64,000 nt of DNA from Yuukianura sp. NJ FZ-2021 (Eukaryota), in assembly GCA_046563655.1 (NCBI GenBank), contig CM102283.1:5704001-5768000 (forward strand), written 5' to 3'. The notes under the pieces were generated by a model. It worked only from the letters and a program-made list of their open reading frames with translations. It had not been told where the DNA came from and did no database searches. Positions 1-12,156 of this stretch are shown piece after piece; position 1 is the first letter of the stretch; each line of letters begins with the position of its first letter. The translations under genes and the position numbers were made by a program.

Positions 1-785
1 AGTTCAAATTCCTTTTCGTTTTTGTCTTTTTCTATTTTTTAGAAGAAACAAAAAAGTGATTTTGGCATTTTAAATAAAAATAAAATTCAAAAATGGTGAC
101 ACGCCAGTGCTCCGAATGAATTGCCACGAAACCAATTGCTCCGAAAGACAAGGTGTTCTGAAACTGATTAAACTTACATTAAAGTGCTTAACGTCAAGTG
201 GGTTAGTTTGTAAATCATAAGGTTACGTCTGGTTTGGTTAACAATCATGAAATTCCACTTGGTTGAGTTATAAGTCACACTATAGTTTCGGTGTAATCTG
301 GTTTTCGGAGCAATTCATTCGGAGGAATGGCATGGAATCGTTTCTGATTGGAGGCGGAGATGTGCTTGGGTAGAATAAAGTTGTAAATCATTAAAATAAA
401 GTTCGCAAATTACGGAAAACAAAATGCGAATTTTTAACATAACATGACTTTTAAAGAAACGCCTTTTCGTGTTGAACATCATTGCAGAGATCAATTGCAC
501 TTAAGCAAATAAAACCCGCCTTCATTTTCATTTTAGTAATTGACACGCCAATCTCGCTTCAAGTTTAACAACAAAACCACTCCCCCCACCTCCTCCCCTT
601 TTGATTTCATTTCAATTAACATCTCTTATTTTAGTTACTTAATTTCGTACAATTTCAGTATTTGTTAGGCTATGTTTGTCAGGTTTTATGTCCTATAATA
701 CGCTAGGGTATGCTAGGTAAACTTAGTTAAAGTTACATTTGGCATAATCATGTTGATTAAATTTCTTTTGAACTAATAATTGCAG

Positions 786-1124
786 ACCAAACTGGTGATC
801 AGTGGGCTTTCCCTATGCCAAAGCATCAAAGTCCCCTTCGTACTTTTACCCCCGGAAAACGCAGAGCCTGATCCCTACCCCCGCTTTCCCTCTCCCCCGC
901 CACTCCAAGTCCAGTCTCCGCCGGCCCCACCACCAACCCACCAAGCCCCACCTGCTCAAGGCCAGAACCAAGTGACTCAGATTGAAGCCACCGTGGAACA
1001 CCATCCACCAACCACCAATCAAACAGTCTCTTCACCTTCCAACCTCACTAAACTCTTTGAAAGAGTCGGACTCACTTCCAGCTCACCTTCCATTACCAGC
1101 CCTACTAAGAAAACTACTTCCTGA
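786..1124 (+). CDS. Terminal coding exon of a gene starting left of the window; Pro/Ser/Thr-rich tail, N-terminal part weakly arrestin-like
   Basis: Branch-like ctaat (773) and ttgcag acceptor (AG 784-785), then an open frame TKLVISGLSLCQSIKVPFVLLPPENAEP...KKTTS* in a GC-richer block. The first ~25 residues resemble the arrestin C-terminal strands (VKLVV..GGDV.VELPF.LM.PKP), but that is only inference. Confidence 0.55.
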   Translation, partial: TKLVISGLSLCQSIKVPFVLLPPENAEPDPYPRFPSPPPLQVQSPPAPPPTHQAPPAQGQNQVTQIEATVEHHPPTTNQTVSSPSNLTKLFERVGLTSSSPSITSPTKKTTS

Positions 1125-3619
1125 ACGACCTTTGACCTTTAGAGGGCATTGACCTTTTGGAGAAAGGTCATTGACCTTGTACTTCGGAGCTGTAAAAACG
1201 AAATGTGCTGGACTCTGTGATGTTCGTGGGCAATGCACTAGGAAGAACATTATCAATATTATGAAGTTCCAAAATTCTACTTTGCCAAAAACTGTTCAAA
1301 ACGCCCGGGGGCACTTTTGGCTAAAAACGGTTCTGGAATCTGATTACGCTTAAAATCAAACAAACTGAACCAAACATAACATGGAAAAGGGTTTTTTTAA
1401 AAGTTTAGAACAAGTAAAAAGTAATAAGAATACATAAAATTTTGATTTCATGAATTTGTAAGTGTTAACTACCACACCCAAAATGTTTTGAAGTTTACTG
1501 AAAACCAAAATGCGGGAAACACAAATAAAACCGCGAATTTTAGAAATAAGGGATGAGATCTCGTTTTTGTTTTGATCTTGTCAATATTTTAAACCTGAAT
1601 TAAATAAAATTACAATTAATTAATTACAATTAACTCTGTTCATACCATATCAATAACAAAAGTAACCTCAATCAATTAAATAAGGAATAAAATGATCTGG
1701 GAATTGATGAAAGAAAAAAACTTTAATTTTTTAAAATTAATTGTGTGTTTTTTGATTACGTTCTGCGGAAATTCCGTTGGGGCAAGTTGAGACAATTGAC
1801 GCATTTAGGCTTATTGACGCACATCTTAAAATTTTTGCAAAAATTTCCTGAAATTCCTTAAGTTTTAGGAAATGAGTTGACGATTAACTTGACCTGTGAC
1901 CTTGGTTAAGCAAAACTTATTCTTAAGCGTTTCTCATCACCGTCATAATAAGATACGGAAGTTGACGTTGGCAGGTTAAGTGGATGAGTTACGATTTGAT
2001 TTGATTAAAATGGCGGCTGAACTTGAAGTTGTGTGTCGTCCTCCCACTTTCAACTGACACGCGTCACTCATCGACGCAATCAGACTCAAAACGAGTTCAT
2101 TTGATTGGCACCAGGCATCAGGCAACAAAGCTTTATTAACAAAAAGCCTAAACTTTTTTTTCGAAACGACAAAAAACAGTTTTCCCGAAAAAACCGGTTT
2201 GTTTTCGTTGAAATTTTTTAATCAAAATGAGCTCAAAGTGTCAGATGTAGTGGGAGAGAGGAAAAAAACGTTAAGAGTTAAGGGTCTTTTTGAATTTCGG
2301 CGCAATAGTTCAAATGAACACTTTTAAGCGCCAAGATTCAAACCTCGTCAAGCTGCTTTTGGCTCAGAGGGGAGTCTGCGTAAAGGTGAAACATTTTCCA
2401 ACACAAAACTTTGTTCGTGTGAATCAAACTTTATGCCTTAAGTTCAAACTCCTAAATTACAAAAGAACTTGATTGGACGATGAAAAATTTGGCCTCAGGC
2501 GAAGTGACCTCATCTCTGGTCTCAAAGTCACCTTTTGACCTGTTCATTCACTTTTTTGAAACAATCACATTTTTCTACTTTTCAAAACGACTTTGGGGGA
2601 GGGAGAGATTGGGAAAAAATGGAAATGTTTTTTGATGCTGTCGGAATGTGAATGTGGCTCTTTACAAGGAAATACAATTAGGAGAAACTAATTTTATCGC
2701 CACGTCTTGTGATGACAATGACATTCGGCGTGTTGTCACGTGATATGAAAATGGGAGATGCTAATTGGTGGGACACGGGCGCTAAATACAAACAAGATTA
2801 ATTGAGGAGACATGGAAACTTCTTTTGTGTTTTTGAATTCTGTCCACGTAGTTCATAAAAAACGAATTTCGACTTATTAATATGTTGGTGATGATGGTCG
2901 AACACCCAAGTGGTTCTGGCCCTACACCGCCAAAACACAAATTTTAAGTTGATTTTAATTATCAGGAAATTTATCACCGCGATTTTAATCAACTTAACGT
3001 GCCATTTAATTACAATACGTGTAAGTTGTGGACTGCATTTTCATAATTTCTGAAATTTTCTGGCACATTATTTTTTCTAATTTATTGTAAATTTTATGCT
3101 TTTCAATTAAACTTTTTTTTAATTGTAAGAAAGCTCAGTAATTTGAAAATTTTGGTAAAACCGACGTGCATTTTTTTTTTCAAAATTAGATTTCAACACT
3201 ACTTCTCTATTAAAATCGGTTTAATTTCTGTTATGGAATTAATATTTTGAACATTTTTGAATAGAAGTTGTTTAAGCTGTCGCGAATTTTTTTAAAAATT
3301 GAACGTGAAGACTATTGTATAATAATAGACAGTTAGTTTAATTTTGAACACGGAATTAAAATTTTGAAAATGCTGGAAATAAGTTTTGCTGTTTTTTTTA
3401 AACCGCTTTTCAAACGGACGCTGTATTTTTCGAATTTGAATGTCGATGTAAACTAAATCCTCAAATTCAAATATCATCCCAGTGTACTCGTGAAACTAAA
3501 AACGTATCAGTTAAACGGTTCTCTGTCTAACATTAAAAGTTTTAGAATGTTTAGAAGTGCCACAAATGTATTTTAAAACAAAATTCCTTCCAACTGACGC
3601 GCGTCTTTTTCAAAATTGA

Positions 3620-3663
3620 ATTTGGAGACTGCAGTCTCCAAATCTACAGCATGCTGTAGATTT
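3620..3663. repeat. Two overlapping perfect 24-bp palindromes
   Basis: atttggagactgcagtctccaaat (3620-3643) and aaatctacagcatgctgtagattt (3640-3663), each checked base by base. Confidence 0.9.
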
Positions 3664-4339
3664 TCTAAAAATGGAAGCGCGTACATGTATGATTAGCAGG
3701 ACGATGCCACTTGTTCGTAACTACTGTTACGCACTAAAACACATCATCCGAAGATGGAGATGTGAAAAGGCAGAGGTAATACGGGAGCCATGTAAGGTAC
3801 TTGACTTGAGCAAATATTTAGAATCAATTCACACTGCCACTCAAATTCCCGCTAAAATTCGAATGCCCACTTTGTTGACCCTAGGAAGCAATTAGGGACA
3901 AGAGGCATAGGAATTGGCCGTGGAATGCCTAAATCCAATGTAAGTTACATTGGAAGTCGTTGGACAAATACTTTCCTGGAAGGTTCCGAATACCTAGCAT
4001 ATTGCCGTAAGTGACTGGACTTAAGTGGCAGAGAATGAAGGTGTTTTGGCAGAAGTTGTCTGTTGGCGGGAATCAGGAATGAGGGAGATGACAAGTGACA
4101 AATTGGTCAGACGACACTTGAGTTCGTCCCTTCCATATCAATCAACCGACAACGAAAAAGTTAAACGACGCTGATGTTAAGAAATTGAGCAGGCGCAACG
4201 GGAGCTCAATTTCGTTCCAAACGCAGTAGATACGTATCTTAAATTTTAAAAATAATGTAAATAACATTTGACATTTGGGCACCATTTTGAATTTTTAAAC
4301 CAACACTAATACCTGAGCCCATACAGCTCCAAAGTCTCT

Positions 4340-4900
4340 TCACTTTCTCTAATGTTCCCCTGAACTTTCTCTGATTGGTCTAAAGTTGGCGTTCCCCGAT
4401 TGTTCAACAAAACTGACTTTGCTGATTGTCCAAAACATAACTTTCCCTTCCGACCCGTAAAGACCAGCGAAACTTTCCTTGATTCGTTCAACACTGACGT
4501 TTAACTGATTCGTGAAACATTCAGTTTTTCTGGTGAAAGCCGAACTTCTTAGATTGGCCCACGCCTGACTTCCATGACCGGCAAAGATCTGAATGCTTTG
4601 ACTACGTAGAATGGTTCAACTAAATTGGTTCGACACAAAATGGTTCAACAGCTCAAAAACCTGACCTATTACACATTGAACCTAATGTTTTTGAACCATT
4701 TAAGCTCTTGAACGAATTAAATTTTGAACAAATGGTGTGCTTTTCCCAACGCATCATGATTGCTCAAAGCCTAAACTTTCCTAATTTGGCAAAAGCTAAG
4801 TTCTCTCCCTGAAAACCGAAGTTCTCCTAATTGGTTAAAACTTGAGTTCTCTGATTGGCCAAAACACGAAGTTCTCTGATAAAGCCAATAAAACTTTCTC
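4340..4900. repeat. Degenerate short tandem/inverted repeat tract (ttctctgattgg..aaaac units; tggttcaa/ttgaacca units at about 4610-4740), possibly decayed MITE(s)
   Basis: Recurrent (g/c)ttctc(t/c)(g/t)attggNNaaaac-like motifs, with ggttcaa motifs on the left and ttgaac motifs on the right of 4610-4740. No clear TIR/TSD pair. Confidence 0.45.
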
Positions 4901-6403
4901 TCACTATTGCATTCGATGCCAAAACGTTTCGTTTTCGTCATTTTTTCTTCAAGTCAAAAACAATTTCGGTTTTGAATGAAAAATACTGATAGACAATTTA
5001 TACATCAACCAACGAAAAAAGTCAAAAGAAAAGTGAGTGGCTTGTGGCCTCATCAATTGTTAATTTAGATTTGAAAATGGACATTGAGTGGCCACTTGTG
5101 GTGGTACTTATGGCCATTTCAGGTCCAAAAGGCGTAAGTGCCTTACTGAATGAATTTTTTCTATTCAGATTGAGGGGACAATGGATTCACCTGTGCTTTA
5201 TTACACTCTCTTCTACCATCATCTTATCCCCTTCATCTCTCTTACGGAAGATGCGGACTGAATCTTTCCAACTTAACATTTTCAATGAATGAACGCGAGA
5301 CGACTACTCTGTTCATTCAAAGGAAGCTGGTGGCTTGGCTTCTACTCCACCTGGAGGCAGAGGAAATAAAAACAATGGTCGTAATTTATTGGGCAAGGAA
5401 ACGTCTCAGGAGAGACATGATTTAGTGCTTTCTTCCCTTGGTGAACAAATGACTGACCTCTGAACCCTATACGTGTACATTTGGACTTTTATTTGCAAAA
5501 CTCGTTTGGCACAACAACAGTTGCTCCCAGCAAAAATAGTAATCTCTCACCTAATCTAAATTAATACATCTCACCCTCCTTCGTTAGCCAGAGGAAAGAA
5601 CGTTTCATTCCACATTTCATCGACTCTGATTCAAAATCAATGACATTTGGAAATCTTCATGGTGGCTGCTCCTTCTTTTAATGTGTTAAAAGTTGACAAG
5701 CAAGTGAGCACAACAGTCCAACTAACGTCAAACAGTCGTCCACTTACAGTTTGAATTATAGGCGCCAGCCCAGTTCACAACACAAAGAATTTATGGTGAC
5801 CATTTCAGTTCAGGATTTTCGATTCCTAATTGTTCAAGATCCAGTCAATCAAAATATTCGAACTGGTTTGGATTTCATTGTCCACAATCAAATGTGTTTT
5901 GATTCGAAGTCTGAGATTTCAATTCAAAAAATTTAAGGTTCGGTACTACGTTAAATTTTTAAATTCCTTAAAGTCTTAATGAATTTTTCTTTCTTAATGA
6001 ATGGCACGTTTTTTGGCACGCAGAAACCCGCGGCAACTTGAGTATCCACCAGTGAATTTGAAAAAGTGTCATTTCTATACACTTATTTTCATTCTCATTT
6101 TATATAAAAAAAAGTTTTTTTTGAAAGTTATTTTATTTTATGTAAAATGAAGTTCTTTTCTTTGGCTTCTATTTTTAGGTTAATAAAAATAATGTTAGTA
6201 ATATAAATATGTTTTTGAGTCGTATGTGTTGGCTGGGTTAAAACTAATATTGCTTAGGTGGAATACCGTCATGATCATTCCATATACGTACTTTGGCTTT
6301 AAGTTTAATCGACTAGGGTTTCCTAAAACTTCCTGGACGAATTGCACTAACCTTGAAATTTTGAATTCCATGGCATGAACCGTTTTTGGCGCCATTTTCG
6401 TCG

Positions 6404-9400
6404 TCACGGGATTCTCGGTTGAGTTGAAGCTGTTTGAGGAAGAATGGCGGTCTGTTGCGACTGTTTACTGGGTTTTGGAAGATGGCGCTTCATGTGGAGT
6501 GCTAGATGGTCTGACCGGGCAAAGGACCTCTCACATACTTTACATTTGAAAGGTTTGGCGCCAGTGTGCTTGCGGTAGTGACGCGTCAATTCATCTGAAC
6601 GAGCGAACCTCCACTGACATTCAGGCCAGTGACATCTATACGGCTTTTCACCTGGAACCAAGATGAAGCAACTTTTTAACAAAAATACCCAGGTAGCACA
6701 TTTCGCTGAAAAAGTACAGTTTTTTAGGCATTTGAATTTGCAAGCATTAGCTTTAAGAAATCAGAGAATTTTTATAAAACATCATGCAGTCCAGGTTCGT
6801 AAACAAGAAAATAGTTTTTTCTTCAACAGGTTACGCAATAAGTCGCCTTTTTTTTATTTTTTCTCTTCGACATTTCAAAAATTAAAACGCTTCACAGCAA
6901 CTCTTGTTTCCCTTGAAATTTTTCCTTCGAACTTTTCTTTTCTTCATTTCGCACGTTCCGGTTGGTGCAAACTTTTAAATTTTTGCACAAAAAGAGCAAA
7001 AAAAAAGTTCAGGGGGAAATCAAAGGGAAAAAAAATGTTTCCAACAATATTTTTGAAGAAAGGGGAGTTATTGCCTAACCTGTTAAAGAAGAACTATTTC
7101 ATTGTTATAGGAACCTTGATGCAGTCAAAGAAATTATTTTTTTGAATCGACCGTCTAAATTTGAAAAGTGGATTTAAAGTGACACTTGAGGTGAGCAGAT
7201 CAACAAATCCCCCTTACTCTACTTGGAGGTGGAGAGGCACGCTGTGGGCGACACGTCGAGACCCCAATGACCAGCGGATGACAGGCGGATTGATTTTTTG
7301 CAAATTCCTGAGACAATGCAAACTACTTGCTAAAGTTCGTACTCTGCGAACTCTTGGATGCTTGCGGAGGATTGGTTGCAAAAACTGGTTTTGAGGAACT
7401 GGTGGTTGCCTCATATTTATTTACGAAGTGGAGGGGAATAAAGTTGGCTCTTTTGGTCACCTGGGAAGAGAGGTGCTGTGTGATAATGAGAATAATGGAA
7501 ATGTAAAATGGGGAGAGAGTGTGTAGACATGATGGAAAACAAGGGGAAATTAACATTAAATTATACGCCAGTGATCACAGGGTCTTCACAGTGTCTTCAT
7601 GATTCCCTCGGCCCATTCATCAATTCAATCGTGGTAACTCCTCCACGGGATTCCCACCAAAAACGTTCTTTTGGAATCATGTTTAACAGCGCTTTCAAAA
7701 AATTACGGACAAACGGATACTGGTCACGAGAAATTTTTGAAAAGATTTGCAGAGTCCCCACTCCAGAAATCTCGGTGGACAAGCAAAACGAGATGCCCGC
7801 ATGCACATTTGCTAAAATTTTGAAAATCTCGAATTGTGGAAATTCTAGGTACCACAAAATTAAGGAAAATTTTTGAAAATCGATGAGTACACAAATCAAG
7901 TGAAAGCAACGGAAATGCTACGCAGAACTACCTGACTTTCAAAAATGAAATTGAACCAAACTTTTTTTTTTCTTTTTTTTGGATTTGAAAAATTTGGCCA
8001 AGCGAATTCGCAGTGAGTAACGATTCAAAATGTGGAAAATGTTTTCTGCTGACGCTGCTTGTGCTTTTAGGCTTTGAAAGACAAATGGAATAGATTTTGA
8101 AAAAATTGTGGAACTGAAAAAAAAACACGAACATACTAGAAGAAATAAAAATTTGAACAGGAAAGGGCCAAATTTCAGCAATAAATCGCATGGACGACTT
8201 CTGGAAATCTGGGGTCATAAGTCATTTGGGGTCAAAGGTCACAATATCATAATCCTAAGCCTACTCCATGTAATGTGCTGGTTTGGAATTGATTTATGAA
8301 GAAAATGAATTTGTTACCTGTGTGAATCCGTTGATGAGCTTTGAGATGTGAACTTTTCGTGTAGACTTTGGTACAACCTGTAAATCAAAATGAAGACATG
8401 ATGATGAGTTGGAGCAATTTTGGATTGTTAGGGAGAATGGTTGATTGGAAAAAATTAAATTAAATGTCAATTAAATTAAATGTTGGATGCCCAAAGGACT
8501 TTGGAGAGCTTTAGCATTAGGGGCAGAAGGGGATTATGAAGTCAGTTATTTGTAAAAGTTCATTTTATATGAAAGCACCATGGGCCCTTGAGGCAACCAC
8601 GTACTAAAAAGGAACCACTTCAACCATCGGACAGATCTAATTGACTTTCTGACGCAACATCCAACAAACATCTTCACAATCCACATTCTCTCAACATCAA
8701 AACTTAACTAAAAGCCTCACTCCAAAACCTCAGTCGAACGAAATCAACGTTCCACTTGATTTTCAAAATACTGGTCAGAATTATGCTCCAAAGTTCGAAA
8801 TTTTAATTATGAAACATTGCAAACTTCGAAACCATCCTACAACACACCTCAATCAGAAAGTTTTTGAGTAAAACAAACTCAAAATGCGAAAATATTAACA
8901 ACATTTGACTTTTTCTTTTTTAGTTCCGGCTTGGGTAACATTTCAGTTTGAAATTCGAAAATTTAAGAGTTTAAATTTCAAAAAACTACATTGAGTTGAG
9001 ATTGTTTCAAAAAATGTTAACCGTAAAATTTCTTACCATGAAAATCACAGTGATGGATTCTGCGTTTCTCTAACTCGGGATTGTTTCGTCTGTTGTATTT
9101 CTGCGGCAGTCCACTTCCGCTCCCTGTTTCCTCTGCTTGATGCCTCTCCGCATGCGTATCAACCGATTCTACTTCCAACTGCTCATGCGTCGATTCATCT
9201 CCAGTCGACGGCTGCGTCAGACCAAGTCTACTAAACTGTTTGTAGTACGGAGGTGGCGGAGTTCTGCGCGGCAAAGACAATTCACCGCTCAATTCTGGAC
9301 CTGGAGAACCTAAACCTGTTGATTTAGTTCAGAATTAAATTTTGTCGCAATTGCACAGAAAAAATGTCGCAAACTTTACAACTTACCAGGTTGAGACACG

Positions 9401-12156
9401 GGTGGAGTCGGTGGAATGTAAGTGGCACTGGGACTCTTGAAAGGAGCAGGGTAGCGAATGGACGAGTAGAACTGACTCTGCGACTGCGCTTGCGTGTCTA
9501 TATGTTGCGATACACTGCTGAGCGTTGCCGGAAGGTAGTCCATACTTTGCTGCGTCTGCGCCTGGGATAAATAGTGCGGCACATGGAGGTGACTTTCATC
9601 TGATTGTGTGAACTGGCCAAAGGGAGCCGGGGGTGGCTCGACCTTGGAGATTTCCTCCCAGGGGGGCAGGGGGAGCGGGGGTGGGCGGAGGTAGAGGTCA
9701 TCGTAGGTCGTTGACCCCTGAGATGTGCCCATGAGATGCTGGGGAGTATCGTAGTGGGGGTGGTACTGGTGGGTGGGGTGGTGGAGCAGGGACAGCGGCG
9801 GCTCAGCATGCATTTCCGTGTGGTGGAGATGCCCCATGCGAGGGTGAGAGTGAGACTCTTTGGCTTTCTTCAAATACACATCCAAGTCAACTTTCTCCTG
9901 AAAAATTAATTTGTATAAAATAATATATAACATAATATAAACAAAAATTTATAATATAAATAATTTAGATTTGAAATTTTGTTCGCAGAAAAAAACAAAT
10001 CGCGAAATGTGGGATCGGAGTAGAACCGAAATTTCGATTTTAGTTTTTTTTTTCTTTTACCATCGACATGGATGAATAAAAGTTGTTCAAATCTCATCAA
10101 TTTTTAACAAAAAGAAACAAATTCTTGAAGATAAATATTAAAACTCTGTTTCGTATTTTCTCTTTTCCGGAGATGTTTAGCCATCTGAATCCTTAAATGA
10201 GATTTTTTTGGTTCTTTTTCTTTTGAAAAAGTAGGAAATCGGGTACCGTCACTTCGTTGACAGTCTGGAATTCATTATTCTTGAAAGAGTGTCTCCCTGG
10301 AGAGTTCTGGAGAAGTTTGAATTATTCAGGAAGGTACAAAAGGCAGCGGATTTGGAGGATTGCAAGGGATAAGCAGAATCCACGGAATTCATTGGTGAAG
10401 CACAGGAGCTTTCCAGGATGAACTTTGACTTTTCGGTTTGTACATTTACAAAAACGTGATACAAAAAACAAGAGTAGCAGCAGGCATTAACACCAATCGG
10501 GGGAAATATCTTGGAGTGACAAAATGTTACGGTGAAAGAAACTAGCGATAAAAAATGCTCGTAACTTTTTAAAAACTTGATAAAAATTGAAGTTGAAGAA
10601 ATTCTATTCCAGAAAGGATGAAAGAGGTTTTGATACTTTTCCAGGTCAAAAATGAAGTTAATCCTTGTTCAAAAAAACTGAGCACTTTTCTTTAGAAGTG
10701 AAAGGAAAATTGCAGTTTTTGAAATTAACTAAGTTCTTTAGCATTTGAAAAAATAAGTAAAGGGATTTTGATTTTTTTTCATTTAACTAAAGACAGAATT
10801 CTGTTCTCTCTGCACAGAAGTCTGCGCTTTGAACTAGACGAAATGCGTGGTTGAACCAAAAAAAGTTTTTTGTTTACTGTTAAGTCATTTCAAACAGAAA
10901 ATCCTCTTAAGTTCCAATTTTCACCCAAAGTGCTTTTCAAAAGAAAGACAAAATGTATGAAACGATTTCGGAACCGACTTTAATCCTCTACAGCACCAAA
11001 TCCAGAAAATAAATTCCTTTTTTAAAGAAAAACAGGCAATGTGTTTTAACCGGAAAGCGTCCGTCAGACACTTGAACGATTAAATGCTTAAAAAAGAATT
11101 TGAACTTTTTCTAAATAAATAAACTTTTGACTAAAAACTGTCAAATGAAAAACGATATTTTCGTTATCTTCGAAAAAAAAAATCTATGCTTTTTAAAACC
11201 GCAGCAATTAATTTGGTCAAAAATGAAAAGATCAAAAAGTGAAATGGTCAAAGCATAAAAAGATCAAAGAGTGAAAATACCAAAAAGTGAAAATATGAAA
11301 TTGGCGGGGAATTTCTAGGTTCAGTTTAAAGCTTAAATTGGTTATGCAACTTTAGCTTAAATTGGTTCCATATCTTCATCTTTTTCTTTAAAACTAAAAC
11401 CGAAATTTTATTTAATTTTGTCCCGCAACATAGTGTAATTCATTTTTACATTGCATCACTACTAATGGGGAAAGCTCGAGTTTCCCAAAAAAGACAATTT
11501 TGGTTTTACGAAGGCCAGAAACCAAATGCCACTGATGCGCTGCTTCACAAAAAATTCATAAAACCTTGCACATTATGAAAATTTCAAAAAGGAATTCTAG
11601 CCGCATATGAAGATGGGCTTCTACAAAAGATAGGCAACGTTTTTCACAGAAACATCACAAATTTCTTCGTTTTTTTTGAAAAAAAATTAGATGCTTGTTA
11701 AAAATTTCTTGTTTATAATAGTTTGATATTCAAGTTTGTGAGTCCATTTGTATGATTTAATATTAGGAAGACACAAAATGGTTTGTGTACCTTCTGGGGT
11801 TGCGGAGTGTACTGCCCAGGGGGGTTGTGGAGGAGGTGGGGCGGGGGTTGTGAGTGTGGTGGGGTGTAGGTGCCACCAGGAGGGGAACCGAAGTGGGCCG
11901 CCTGGTGTCCGTAGTCTTGATGTCCCGCCAGAATGCTTTCCACCGGCGGGGAGTGGGACCCTGGAGAGTTTCTGGGGTAAGTGAGGGGGCAGTTCAAGAG
12001 GTCAGGCACAATTTGGTCGTCGTCAGCAGCAGTACAAAGTGGATCCTCCCGGAAGTAGCGGTGACCGTTGTCCAGGAACAGGCTCAGGCACGTCGGTCCA
12101 CCACCATCCATCACGCAACGCAAACCGTCACCAAAACTCCCGCCGCTCTTCACCAT
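6404..12156 (-). CDS. KLF5: Kruppel-like factor, KLF5/Dar1 class C2H2 zinc-finger transcription factor
   Basis: Hand-spliced exons 12156-11791, 9897-9387, 9315-9037, 8377-8318, 6651-6404, all GT-AG and phase-compatible. They give [97 protein letters not shown], the KLF5/dar1 signature. The 5' end is less certain. Confidence 0.92.

Noticed and set aside
6663-8299. Several 60-160 aa ORFs inside KLF5 introns
   Set aside because: Phe/Lys-rich translations of AT-rich homopolymer DNA. The 7214-7414 ORF has no donor in the phase needed to join the last exon.
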